A stretch of DNA of 64,000 bases from an uncultured Candidatus Rokubacteria bacterium (GTDB taxonomy: Bacteria; Methylomirabilota; Methylomirabilia; Rokubacteriales; CSP1-6), in the NCBI GenBank assembly GCA_963758635.1, contig CAVWWD010000003.1, forward strand, positions 416,001-480,000, in the 5' to 3' direction. The notes under the pieces were generated by a model. That model did not search any database. It had not been told where the DNA came from and saw nothing but the letters and a program-made list of their open reading frames with translations. This document shows, piece after piece, positions 10,485 to 19,613 of the stretch. The position numbers and the translations under genes were made by a program. Position 1 is the stretch's first letter. Each line of letters begins with the position of its first letter.

Positions 10485-11186
10485 ATGCTCAACGTCCGCG
10501 ACGTGCACACGTACTACGGCGACAGCTACGTGCTCCAGGGCATCTCGCTCTCCGTGCCCCGCGGGCGGGTCGTGGGCATCCTCGGGCGGAACGGCATGGG
10601 CAAGACCACGCTCATCCGCACCATCGTGGGCTTCACGCCGCCTCGCCGCGGGTCCGTCGTCTTCAAGGACCGCGACATCACGGGCTGGCCGTCGAACCGG
10701 TCGGTGGCGCTCGGCCTCGGGCTGGTGCCGCAGGGCCGGCGCGTCTTCCCGTCCCTGACCGTGCGCGAGAACCTCGAGGTGGCGCAGGCACGGAACGGCC
10801 GGGGCGGCGACGCGTGGTCCGTGGAGCGCGTGATGGACCTGTTTCCCCGCCTCCGCGAGCGCGCGGGCAACCGCGCGGGGAAGCTGTCGGGGGGCGAGCA
10901 GCAGATGCTCGCCATCGCCCGCGCCCTCATGACCAACCCCGAGCTGCTCCTCATGGACGAGCCCACCGAGGGGCTCGCGCCGCTGCTCGTGCGGGAGGTC
11001 GGGCGCGTCATCGAGCGTCTCAAGGCCTCCGGGCTGTCGATCCTCCTCGTCGAGCAGAACCTCGCGATGGCCATCCGCCTCGCCGACGACGTGCACGTGC
11101 TCTCGCGCGGGCGTATCGTCCACTCGGGGCCGGCGCAGGCGCTCTGGGCCAACGAAGAGGTCAAGGCGCGCTACCTCGGCGTATGA
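10485..11186 (+). CDS. livF: ABC ATPase (LivF-like)
   Basis: GRNGMGKTT, LSGGEQQMLAI, LLVEQN. Confidence 0.9.
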   Translation: MLNVRDVHTYYGDSYVLQGISLSVPRGRVVGILGRNGMGKTTLIRTIVGFTPPRRGSVVFKDRDITGWPSNRSVALGLGLVPQGRRVFPSLTVRENLEVAQARNGRGGDAWSVERVMDLFPRLRERAGNRAGKLSGGEQQMLAIARALMTNPELLLMDEPTEGLAPLLVREVGRVIERLKASGLSILLVEQNLAMAIRLADDVHVLSRGRIVHSGPAQALWANEEVKARYLGV

Positions 11187-11217
11187 CCCTTCACCACATG
11201 GACAGGGGAGTCACGCG

Positions 11218-12278
11218 GTGAGATTCGGCACCTTCTACTTCTTCCAGGCGCCGCCCGGGCAGCGCCACCGGGACATCATTCACGACGAGCTGACCCAGAT
11301 CGAGTGGGCCGAGGAGCTCGGCTTCGACAGGTCTGGCTCACCGAGCATCACTTCATCGACTACGGCCTCGCCGTGGACCCCGCCACGCTCGCCGCCGCCG
11401 CGGCCTCGCGGACGCGCCGGGTGCGGATCGGCCTCGCCGCGGCCATCCTGCCGTTCCATCATCCGCTGCGCCTGGCCGAGCAGCTCGCGCTGGTCGACAT
11501 CCTGTCCGACGGCCGGCTCGACGTGGGGGTGGGCCGCGGCAACCGCCCGCCCGAGTTCCGGGGCTACCACGTGCCGCAGGAGGAGAGCCGCGAGCGCTTC
11601 GACGAGACCGTGGAGGTGATGATCCGCGCGTGGACGGAGGACCGGTTCAGCCACGCCGGCCGCTTCTACACGGTGCCGGAGGCGAGCGTCATCCCCAAGC
11701 CCGTGCAGCGCCCGCACCCGCCGATCTACCAGGTCTGCGTGAGCAAGGACGGGATCGAGAACACCGCGCTCCGCGGCTGGCCCATGCTGAACTCCGTGCT
11801 GTTCGGGCCCGTCGACCAGCTCGTGGCCAACCGCACGGTCTACGTGGACACGCTCGAGAAGGCCGGCCGGAGCCCCGCGGAGATCGCGGCGCTCCTCGGG
11901 CGCTGGGGCGTGTCGCGCCAGATCTACGTGGCCGAGACCGACGCCGAGGCCCTGGCCGAGGCCAAGGACGCCGAGCTCTGGTACCAGGAGTCCTTCCGCC
12001 GCTTCGTCCTTCCCGAGCGCATCGAGGACGAGCATCCCGCGCTCCAGCCCGGGTTCCGCGCCATGGCCGAGCGGTTGTCGGCGGTGCGGTGGGAGACGCT
12101 GGTGCGCGAGACGCTGGCCTTCGGCTCACCGGACACGGTGGCCCGGCACATCGAGGCGATGCGCCAGATCGGCGTTGGCCAGGTGCTGTGCTGGATGAGC
12201 TTCGGGGGCCTTTCGATGGACCGCGTGCGCCGGTCCATGGAGCTCTTCGCGCACGAGGTGATGCCCCGCTTCCGCTGA
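11218..12278 (+). CDS. Luciferase-like (LLM) flavin-dependent oxidoreductase; frameshift near 11328
   Basis: MRFGTF, AEELGFD, WLTEHHF, HPLRLAE, GRLDVGVGRG, ELFAHEVMP. Confidence 0.85.
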
Positions 12279-12310
12279 GTGTCGCCCGCGCGATGGGCCG
12301 GCGCTTCGGG

Positions 12311-12613
12311 CGCGCGTGGGCGGGGCGGCGGGGAGGCACCAGGGGTCCCGGGACCACGCCGCACGCGGTCATCAGGTGCGGGCACGCGAGCTTCGCCCGC
12401 CCGCACCTTGCGCCAACCTCCCGGGAAGGGAGCACACATCAACAGCGGGCAGCCGGGGGGCGGTGGGGAGGCACCAGGGGTCGCCGGGGCCCTTCCCCTC
12501 CATCGGTAGACGGACCGAGCGCGCCCGGATGGAGCCCAGTCCCAGCGGGGCAGCGGACGCGTGCGGCGTGGTCCCGGGACCCCTGGTGCCTCCCGCCGCC
12601 CCGCCCTCGCGCG
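12311..12613. repeat. ~300-bp palindromic element: ~50-bp inverted arms plus an internal partial copy (MITE/REP-like)
   Basis: 12318-12367 is the reverse complement of 12558-12606 apart from one indel; GGGGAGGCACCAGGGGTC recurs at 12465-12482. Confidence 0.85.
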
Positions 12614-12645
12614 TGCGCGCGGGCTTTGAGGGGTATCGCGTGCCG

Positions 12646-13059
12646 CTACCGGACGTAGTAGCCGGAGACGCGCCAGGCGCCGTCGGCGTCGAGCATCGGC
12701 GTGATCGTCTCGACGGCGGCGGCCTTGTTCTCGAACGTCGTGTCGTACTGGATGACCACGTAGCTCCCGTCGGGGGCGCCGGGTAGGGTCGTCGCGTGCT
12801 GGCGGGACTTGAGCGCGCGCGAGCGGACCTTGCCGAGGGGCTCGCGGGCCGCCGACGCGGCCTGACGCCACTGGTCCCTGGTGACCGCCCGCTTGAAGAA
12901 GCCCGCCGACTGGTCCCAGGAGGCGTCGTACTTGCCCTCGTCCACCAGCTTGAGCCACGCCTCGGCCTTCGCCTGCGCGGCGTCCTCCCGGCTCTGCGCC
13001 CACGCGGTGGCGGCCACGGCGATGGCGAGGACCAGCGCGGCGATGGCGCGGGCCCTCAC
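12646..13059 (-). CDS. DUF4019 domain exported protein
   Basis: WLKLVDEGKYDASW, LPGAPDGSYVVIQY, ETITPMLDADGAWRVSGY; signal peptide. Confidence 0.8.
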   Translation of the reverse strand: MRARAIAALVLAIAVAATAWAQSREDAAQAKAEAWLKLVDEGKYDASWDQSAGFFKRAVTRDQWRQAASAAREPLGKVRSRALKSRQHATTLPGAPDGSYVVIQYDTTFENKAAAVETITPMLDADGAWRVSGYYVR

Positions 13060-13613
13060 GAGCCCGCCCCGGGGCCGTCCGCGTAGGGCAGCGGGCCGGC
13101 GTACTCGGAGTGCAGCGGCGTCCAGCGCATCGCCCAGAGCTGGGTCAGCGTCCCCGCGAGCTGCCGCAGGTGAAGGCCGTCGTGGGTCACCCACGCGGCG
13201 AGGAGGTCGAGGCCGGAGAGCTGCCCCAGGATGCGGAGGGGCCGGGCGCCGGCCAGGGCTTCGGGCTGCACCGCGGCGAGAAAGTCCAGGCTCGCGCGCC
13301 GCCGCGACTCGAGGTCTGCGAGGGCGCTGGCCAGGTCCTCGTCCCGGTAGCGGCGCTCGACCGCCCAGCGCTCGGGATCGATCGGGACGAACTGCCCGCC
13401 GCCCTCCACGATGACCCGCACCCGTGCCCCGAAGTCCTCCGTCTCCTCGTCACGGAGGTGGCAGACGATCTCCACCGGCGACCACTCGCCCGGCGCGGGC
13501 CGGACGCGCGCGCCCGCCGCGTCGAGGCCCCCGAGCATCGCGTCGAGCACGGCGGGCTGCCGCGCCAGCTCGCGCCGCGCCTGATCGAGCAGGAGCCGCG
13601 CGTCGATCGTCAT
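13056..13613 (-). CDS. DinB family protein
   Basis: WSPVEIVCHLRDEE and HDGLHLRQ His motifs. Confidence 0.75.
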   Translation of the reverse strand: MTIDARLLLDQARRELARQPAVLDAMLGGLDAAGARVRPAPGEWSPVEIVCHLRDEETEDFGARVRVIVEGGGQFVPIDPERWAVERRYRDEDLASALADLESRRRASLDFLAAVQPEALAGARPLRILGQLSGLDLLAAWVTHDGLHLRQLAGTLTQLWAMRWTPLHSEYAGPLPYADGPGAGS

Positions 13614-14365
13614 CACGCCATCGCCTGGCCGCCGTTCACGTCGAGCGTGGCCCCGGTGATGAAGGCGGCCTCGTCGGAGGCGAGGAAGAGGACGGCGTCG
13701 GCGATCTCCCGCGGCTCGCCCAGCCGGCGAGCGGGGATGGCCTCGGCCACGCGCCGTGTGTCCTCCGGCGTCCGGGCGCGGAGCACGCGGTCGGTGGCGG
13801 TGGTGCCGGGGGCCACCGCGTTCACCGTGATGCCGTGAGGCGCCACCTCGAGCGCAAGGTGACGCGTGAAGCCGATCACGCCGGCCTTGGCTGCCGCGTA
13901 GTGCGACGTGACGCGCACGGCCGCGCCGCGCGCCACCACCGACGCGAGGTTCACGATCCTCCCGCCTCCCTGCCGCTTCATGAGCGGCACCACCGCCTTC
14001 GAAAAGATGAAGACGCTGGTCAGGTTGGAGGCGAGGATGGCGTGCCACTCCTCCTCGGGGATGTCCTCGGTGTCGCGGAAGGCCGCGAAGCCGCCGGCGT
14101 TGTTCACGAGCACGTCGACCCGGCCCCAGCGCTTCGTGACCAGCTCGACGGCGGCCCCGGCGTCGGCTGAGCGCGTCGCGTCGGCCCGCACGGCGACGGC
14201 ATCGGCGCCCTGCCCGACCAGGTTCTTCACCACGCCCTCGGCCCCGGAGAGGTCCAGGTCCACGACGGCCACGCGGGCGCCCTCTCGCGCGAACGCCTCG
14301 GCGATGGCCGCGCCGATCCCCTTCGCCCCGCCCGTCACGATCGCGACTTTGTCCTTGAGCCTCAT
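13613..14365 (-). CDS. Short-chain dehydrogenase/reductase (FabG-like)
   Basis: TGGAKGIG, NNAG, YAAAK, ITVNAVAPG. Confidence 0.9.
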   Translation of the reverse strand: MRLKDKVAIVTGGAKGIGAAIAEAFAREGARVAVVDLDLSGAEGVVKNLVGQGADAVAVRADATRSADAGAAVELVTKRWGRVDVLVNNAGGFAAFRDTEDIPEEEWHAILASNLTSVFIFSKAVVPLMKRQGGGRIVNLASVVARGAAVRVTSHYAAAKAGVIGFTRHLALEVAPHGITVNAVAPGTTATDRVLRARTPEDTRRVAEAIPARRLGEPREIADAVLFLASDEAAFITGATLDVNGGQAMA

Positions 14366-14520
14366 CCCTCGTCCTCCGTCCTGCGTGGCGCGCTGTCCTG
14401 TTGCACGGTTCATGTTCGTGCGGGGGCGGCGCCCGCGCAACCGGATTCTGGGGAGGCTCGGCCGAGAGCGAGACGCGGCGCAGGAAGCGGAGTTCTCCGT
14501 CGACCGAGGGCGAACTGTCC

Positions 14521-14549
14521 TTGACGCGGCGCAGGACGCGCGGCAGTAT
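14521..14549 (+). promoter_or_regulatory. Candidate sigma70 promoter TTGACG-N17-CAGTAT
   Basis: Good -35, 17-bp spacer, weak -10, 6 nt before an in-frame ATC. Confidence 0.35.
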
Positions 14550-14555
14550 CGCCCC

Positions 14556-16895
14556 ATCCTCCTCCTCTACGCGGTCACAATGTTCGTCGGCGCCACGCTG
14601 CTCTTCGTGGTGCAGCCCATGGCCGGGAAGATGATCCTCCCGTTGCTCGGCGGCACCCCGGCGGTGTGGAGCACCTGCATGGTCTTCTTCCAGGCCGCGC
14701 TGCTCGGGGGCTACGCCTACGCCCACGCCAGCGCGGCGCGGCTTCCCGTCCGCGCGCAGACGGGCCTGCACATCGTCCTGCTCCTCCTGCCCCTGGCCGT
14801 GCTGCCCCTCGGCGTCGACCCCGCGCGCCTGCGCGGCGGCGAGGCGAGCCCCGTGCTCGACGTGCTGACCCTGCTCTCGTTCTCGGTCGGGCTCCCGTTC
14901 TTCGCGGTGAGCGCCACCGCGCCGCTGCTCCAGCGCTGGTTCGCGCACACCGGCCACCGCGCGGCCGCCGATCCGTACTTCCTCTACGCCGCGAGCAACG
15001 CGGGCAGCATGCTCGCGCTCCTCGGCTACCCGACGCTGATCGAGCCGTGGCTGCCGCTGCGCGGCCACGCCTGGCTCTCGCAGACCGGGCTCTGGACCCT
15101 CGGCTACGTCCTCCTCGTCGCCCTCATCGTGCTCTGCGCGGTCGTCCTCTGGCGCGATCGCGCCGCGCACGGCTGGCGCCCGGCCCTGCAGGGCGGCTCG
15201 GAACCCGAGCCGACCGGGGCTGCCGACGTGGCGCGGACCGTGCCGCCGTCGGAGGCCCTTGGTTGGGGCCGGCGTCTCCGGTGGATCGCGCTCTCGTTCG
15301 TGCCGTCGAGCCTGCTCCTGGGTGTCACCACCTACGCGACCACCGACATCGCGGCGGTCCCGCTCCTCTGGGTGCTGCCGCTCGCCATCTACCTCCTGAG
15401 CTTCATCCTCGTCTTCGGGCACTGGCCGGCGTGGCTCCACGCGCGGGTGCGGACGGCCGCGTTCCCCGCGCTCCTCGTCGGGCTGTTCCTCGTCATCTCC
15501 GCGTACCGGCCGCGGCTGTGGCTGGTGATGCTCGTGCACCTCGCGCTGCTCTACCTGGTGTCGCTCGCGTGCCACGGCGAGCTCGCCCTCGACCGTCCCT
15601 CGACCCGGCACCTCACCGAGTTCTACCTGCTGATCTCGGTGGGCGGCGCGCTCGGCGGGCTCTTCAACGCCCTCGTGGCCCCCGTCGTGTTCGACTCGCT
15701 CGCGGAGTATCCGATGGCCATGGTGCTGGCGTGCATGCTGCTCCTGCGGCGGCGGCCGGGCAGCCTCCGCGGGTCCCTCGCGCGGGACCTGGCGATCCTC
15801 GTCGGCCTCGTCGCCCTCGCGATCCTCCTCGACTCGGACACGGTGAGGGTCCGGACGGACCTCTCGTTCATGCGGCGCTGGCTCGGCCTCGAGGGCGAGA
15901 CGTGGTCGGATCGGCTGGAGCTCGTCGAGCCTGGCCTGAATCGCCTGCTCGTGTACGGCACGCCGGTCTTCCTGGCCGCAAGCCTGCGTCGCCGGCCGGT
16001 GCTCCTGGGCGTGGCCCTGGCGAGCGCGCTCGTCGCGGTGGGCTTCGCCGACGCGCGCAAGGAGGACCAGATCCGCCAGGCCCGGAGCTTCTTCGGCGTC
16101 GTGCGGATCAACCGCGACCGCGAGGAGGAGGGCTACATCGAGCTGCGTCACGGCACCACGCTGCACGGCCGGCAGAGCCTCGACCCGAAACGCCGGGCCG
16201 AGCCGATCTCGTACTACCACCGGGGCGGGCCGGTGGGGCAGCTCTTCGACGAGCTGGACGGGCGCAGCGGCAGCCGGCGCATGGCGGTGATCGGCCTCGG
16301 CACGGGAACGATGGCCGCCTATGCGCGGCCGGGCGACGCGGTCACGTTCTACGAGATCGACCGGCTGATCCGCGAGATCGCCTTCGACCCGAAGTACTTC
16401 ACGTACATGACCGATGCCCGCGACCGCGGCGTCTCGCTGCGCGTGGAGCTTGGCGATGCGCGGGTGCGCCTGGACGAGGTGCGGCGGGAGCGGCCGGGCG
16501 AGCGTTACGACGTGATCGCCGTCGACGCCTTTTCCTCGGACGCCATTCCCGTCCACCTGCTCACCCGGGAGGCCGTGCGCCTCTATCTGGAGATGCTCAA
16601 GCCGGACGGCATCCTCACCATCCACATCTCCAACCGCTACCTGGACCTCGAGCCGGTGGTGGCGAGCCTCGCCGCCGACGCGGCCCTCGGAGGACGGCTC
16701 ATCCAGCACGACGACTCGGCGGAGTCCGCGGGCGCGGCCCGCTCCACGTGGGTGGCCCTGGCCCGCACCGAAGCGGCTCTCGGCGCGCTCGCCCGCTCCG
16801 AGAGGTGGACGGCGTCGCCGCTGGCGCTGGATCCCGCGGTCGGCGTGTGGACGGACGACTTCCACAACCTGCTCACGGTGTTCAAGTGGAAGTGA
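14556..16895 (+). CDS. Fused MFS/spermidine synthase-like membrane protein (start uncertain: ATC 14556 or ATG 14580)
   Basis: LLFVVQPM..LPLLGGTPAVW membrane region; IGLGTG, YEID, GDAR, DAFSSD, WTDD. Confidence 0.85.
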   Translation: MLLLYAVTMFVGATLLFVVQPMAGKMILPLLGGTPAVWSTCMVFFQAALLGGYAYAHASAARLPVRAQTGLHIVLLLLPLAVLPLGVDPARLRGGEASPVLDVLTLLSFSVGLPFFAVSATAPLLQRWFAHTGHRAAADPYFLYAASNAGSMLALLGYPTLIEPWLPLRGHAWLSQTGLWTLGYVLLVALIVLCAVVLWRDRAAHGWRPALQGGSEPEPTGAADVARTVPPSEALGWGRRLRWIALSFVPSSLLLGVTTYATTDIAAVPLLWVLPLAIYLLSFILVFGHWPAWLHARVRTAAFPALLVGLFLVISAYRPRLWLVMLVHLALLYLVSLACHGELALDRPSTRHLTEFYLLISVGGALGGLFNALVAPVVFDSLAEYPMAMVLACMLLLRRRPGSLRGSLARDLAILVGLVALAILLDSDTVRVRTDLSFMRRWLGLEGETWSDRLELVEPGLNRLLVYGTPVFLAASLRRRPVLLGVALASALVAVGFADARKEDQIRQARSFFGVVRINRDREEEGYIELRHGTTLHGRQSLDPKRRAEPISYYHRGGPVGQLFDELDGRSGSRRMAVIGLGTGTMAAYARPGDAVTFYEIDRLIREIAFDPKYFTYMTDARDRGVSLRVELGDARVRLDEVRRERPGERYDVIAVDAFSSDAIPVHLLTREAVRLYLEMLKPDGILTIHISNRYLDLEPVVASLAADAALGGRLIQHDDSAESAGAARSTWVALARTEAALGALARSERWTASPLALDPAVGVWTDDFHNLLTVFKWK

Positions 16896-16911
16896 CGCCG
16901 CGCGGCGACGT

Positions 16912-18522
16912 TCAGGCGGGCCGGGGCCGTCGCCGCCGGTCGCGCAGGATCTCGCGGGCCGCGTTCATGCCCGGCGCTCCCATGACGCCGCCGCCCGGGT
17001 GGGCGGCCGCCCCGCACAGGTAGAGGCCGACGATGGGCGTGCGGTAGCCCGCGTAGCCCGGCACGGGCCGGAACGCGAAGAGCTGCCCCGCCGTCATCGC
17101 CCCCTGGAAGATGTTCCCGCCGGTGAGCCCGAACGTCCGCTCGATGTCGAGCGGCGTCAGCACCTGTCGTCCCCGCACCGCCCCGCGCACGTTCGGCGCG
17201 TACTCGGCGAGCAGGTCCAGGCACCGGTCGGCGAAGCCCTCGCCGATCTCGTCCCAGCTCGCGTCCCGGAGCGCGTAGGGCGCGTACTGCACGAACATCG
17301 ACATGAGGTGCATGCCGGGGGGCGCCACGGTGGGATCCACCACCGACGGGATCGTGCACTCGAGCACGGGCCGGGTGGATGGCCGGCCGTACTTGGCCTC
17401 GTCGTGGGCGCGCTCGATGTAGTCGAGGTCGGGGCAGATGTGGATGGTGCCGCGGTGCTGCGGGCCGGGCTCGGCGCCCGGGCACGCGCGGAAGCTCGGC
17501 AGCTCGGCCAGCGCCACGTTGATCTTGAGCGACGCGCTCTCGTACCCGATGCGCTCCACCGCGGCCACGAAGTCCGCGGGCAGGGCTCGCGGGTCGACGA
17601 GCCGGGTGAACGTCACGCGCGCGTCGGCGTTCGACGCCACCACCGGCGCCTCGTACTCGTCGCCGTTGGCGAGCGCGACGCCGGTGACCCGGCCTCCGCG
17701 CTCGAGCACCCGGAGGACCTCCGCGTCGCACCGGATCTGCGCGCCGAGGCGCCGGGCGGCCGCGGCGAGCGCCTGCGTGAGGCTCCCCATGCCGCCACGC
17801 ACGTAGCCCCACACGCCGCGCTTGCCGTCGGTCTCGCCCATGACGTGGTGGAAGAGCACGTACGCGGTGCCCGGGGTCGAGGGGCTCGCCATCGCCCCGA
17901 TGATGGCGTCGGTGGCGAGCGTCGACTTGAGCTCGACCGACTCGAACCAGCGGTCGAGGACGGTCCGAGCGGGGGCGGTGAGGATCTCGACCGCCTCGGA
18001 CGCCGCCGGGCCGAGCCGGCGGAAGGCTCGCCCCAGGGACAGGAGGCTCCAGAGGTCGCGCGCGCGCGGACGGAGCACGTCGGGCGGCGTCATCGTGAGC
18101 GTGGGCTCCACGAAGTCCGCCACGCGCTCGAGCATGGCCTCGTAGGCCGGGTAGCGCTCGGCGTCACGCGCGCTGAACTTCCCGATCTCGCGCCGGTTCA
18201 GCTCGGGGTCCGACCCGAGGAGGAGGAAGCGTCCGTCGGGGTAGGGCGTGAACGACGACGGGTTGCGGGCGAGGACCTCGAAGCCGTGGTGGCGGAGGCC
18301 GAGGTCGCGCACGATCTCCGGCCGGAAGAGGCTGGCGACGTACGCGGCGGTCGACACCTTGAAGCCGGGGAAGGTCTCCTCCGTGACGCACGCGCCGCCC
18401 ACCACGTGACGGCGCTCGAGGACGAGCACCTGGAGGCCGGCGCGCGCCAGGTAGCACGCGGTCACCAGGCCGTTGTGCCCGGCGCCGACCACGATCGCGT
18501 CGTAGCGGCCGGCTCTCGACAT
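16912..18522 (-). CDS. Phytoene dehydrogenase-like FAD oxidoreductase (COG1233)
   Basis: VGAGHNGL, GNIFQG, HPGGGVMGAPG. Confidence 0.85.
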   Translation of the reverse strand: MSRAGRYDAIVVGAGHNGLVTACYLARAGLQVLVLERRHVVGGACVTEETFPGFKVSTAAYVASLFRPEIVRDLGLRHHGFEVLARNPSSFTPYPDGRFLLLGSDPELNRREIGKFSARDAERYPAYEAMLERVADFVEPTLTMTPPDVLRPRARDLWSLLSLGRAFRRLGPAASEAVEILTAPARTVLDRWFESVELKSTLATDAIIGAMASPSTPGTAYVLFHHVMGETDGKRGVWGYVRGGMGSLTQALAAAARRLGAQIRCDAEVLRVLERGGRVTGVALANGDEYEAPVVASNADARVTFTRLVDPRALPADFVAAVERIGYESASLKINVALAELPSFRACPGAEPGPQHRGTIHICPDLDYIERAHDEAKYGRPSTRPVLECTIPSVVDPTVAPPGMHLMSMFVQYAPYALRDASWDEIGEGFADRCLDLLAEYAPNVRGAVRGRQVLTPLDIERTFGLTGGNIFQGAMTAGQLFAFRPVPGYAGYRTPIVGLYLCGAAAHPGGGVMGAPGMNAAREILRDRRRRPRPA

Positions 18523-18553
18523 GCGGAGCGCGGGGACGCGGTGGTCCGCCGCG

Positions 18554-19444
18554 TCAGCGCGGGGGCGGCGCCGGGGCCGCCCGGCCGTCGATCGCGGTGA
18601 CGACCACCGCGAGGTCCTCGCCCTGATGGCCGGCCGCGAGCGCCCCGGCGTAGAGGCGCTCGGCCACGTCGGTGAGCGGCAGCGACGCGCCCACGGCGCG
18701 CGCCGCGTCCTGGATCAGGTGCAGGTCCTTCATGAACAGCTCGAGCTTCATCTGGGGCGGAAACTCCGCGCGCGCCATCATGGGCCCGCGCACCTCGAGC
18801 ATGCGCGAGGCGCCGGCGCTCCCGGTGAGCACCTCGAGCGCGCGGGTCATGTCGAGGCCGGCGCGCTGCGCCAGGGCCAGGGCCTCCGCGGCGGCGGCCG
18901 AGTGCAGGCCCACCAGGAGGTTCGCGGCCAGCTTCAGCACCATCGCGTGCGGGGCCGGCCCGACGTGGACCACGCGCGGCAGCATCGACTCGAGCACGGG
19001 CCGGCACCGCTCGTAGAGCGCGGGATCGCCGCCCACGAAGAACGCGCCATCGCCGCGCGCCACCATGCCGCTCGTGCCGCTCACCGGGCAGTCGAGGAAA
19101 CCCAGGCCGCGCTCGGCGGCGCCGCGGGCCAGGCGCTCGGTGAGCGCCGGCGAGATCGTGCTCATCTGCAAGATCACCGTGCGCCCCGGACGCCCGGGGC
19201 CGATGCCGTCCGCGCCGAGCACCGTGCGCTCCACGCTGTCCAGCGACGGCAGCACCACGCAGACGAGGTCCGTGCGGTCCGCCACCTCGCGGGCGGAGGC
19301 CGCGACCGCTCCGCCGAGGCCGCGCAGGGCCAGGCCGCGCTCGGCGAGCACGTCGTGGCCCACCACGTCGTGGCCGGCGCCACGCAGCCGCGACGCGAGC
19401 GCGCCGCCGAGGAGACCCAGGCCGATCATTCCGACAGTCGTCAT
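18554..19444 (-). CDS. 3-hydroxyisobutyrate dehydrogenase-family NAD(P) oxidoreductase
   Basis: IGLGLLG, STISP, DCPVSG, KLAANL, MKDL; GGAGGGAG RBS. Confidence 0.85.
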   Translation of the reverse strand: MTTVGMIGLGLLGGALASRLRGAGHDVVGHDVLAERGLALRGLGGAVAASAREVADRTDLVCVVLPSLDSVERTVLGADGIGPGRPGRTVILQMSTISPALTERLARGAAERGLGFLDCPVSGTSGMVARGDGAFFVGGDPALYERCRPVLESMLPRVVHVGPAPHAMVLKLAANLLVGLHSAAAAEALALAQRAGLDMTRALEVLTGSAGASRMLEVRGPMMARAEFPPQMKLELFMKDLHLIQDAARAVGASLPLTDVAERLYAGALAAGHQGEDLAVVVTAIDGRAAPAPPPR

Positions 19445-19519
19445 GACGTGTGCTCCCTCCTGAGCGGGCCGGCTGAGCGGGCGAGGCCGTCGCGCCCGGT
19501 CGGGCTCGTCACGCGCGTG

Positions 19520-19603
19520 GCTAATGAGCCCCGCGCATCAGACTAATGCCGAGCGGTGGGATTGTAGAGGCCCGTGGCGGTTACCGTATTCTGCGAGGGT
19601 CAC
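19520..19603 (-). repeat. Copy A of ~85-bp dispersed element containing a 21-codon ORF (19603->19538)
   Basis: 58/66 nt identical to 45689-45754 over the ORF; similarity continues ~18 nt past the stop. Confidence 0.85.
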
Positions 19604-19613
19604 TAGAGGCGGA

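Noticed and set aside
13056..16865. 1269-aa ORF and other long Arg/Gly/Pro-rich ORFs
   Set aside because: Shadow frames expected at this GC content; only the last 185 aa (DinB) look real
19520..19613. Repeat A/B as an integron attC site or purine riboswitch
   Set aside because: No proper RYYYAAC/GTTRRRY pair and no integrase; only CTCTAC resembles the riboswitch, and copy B lies between convergent genes
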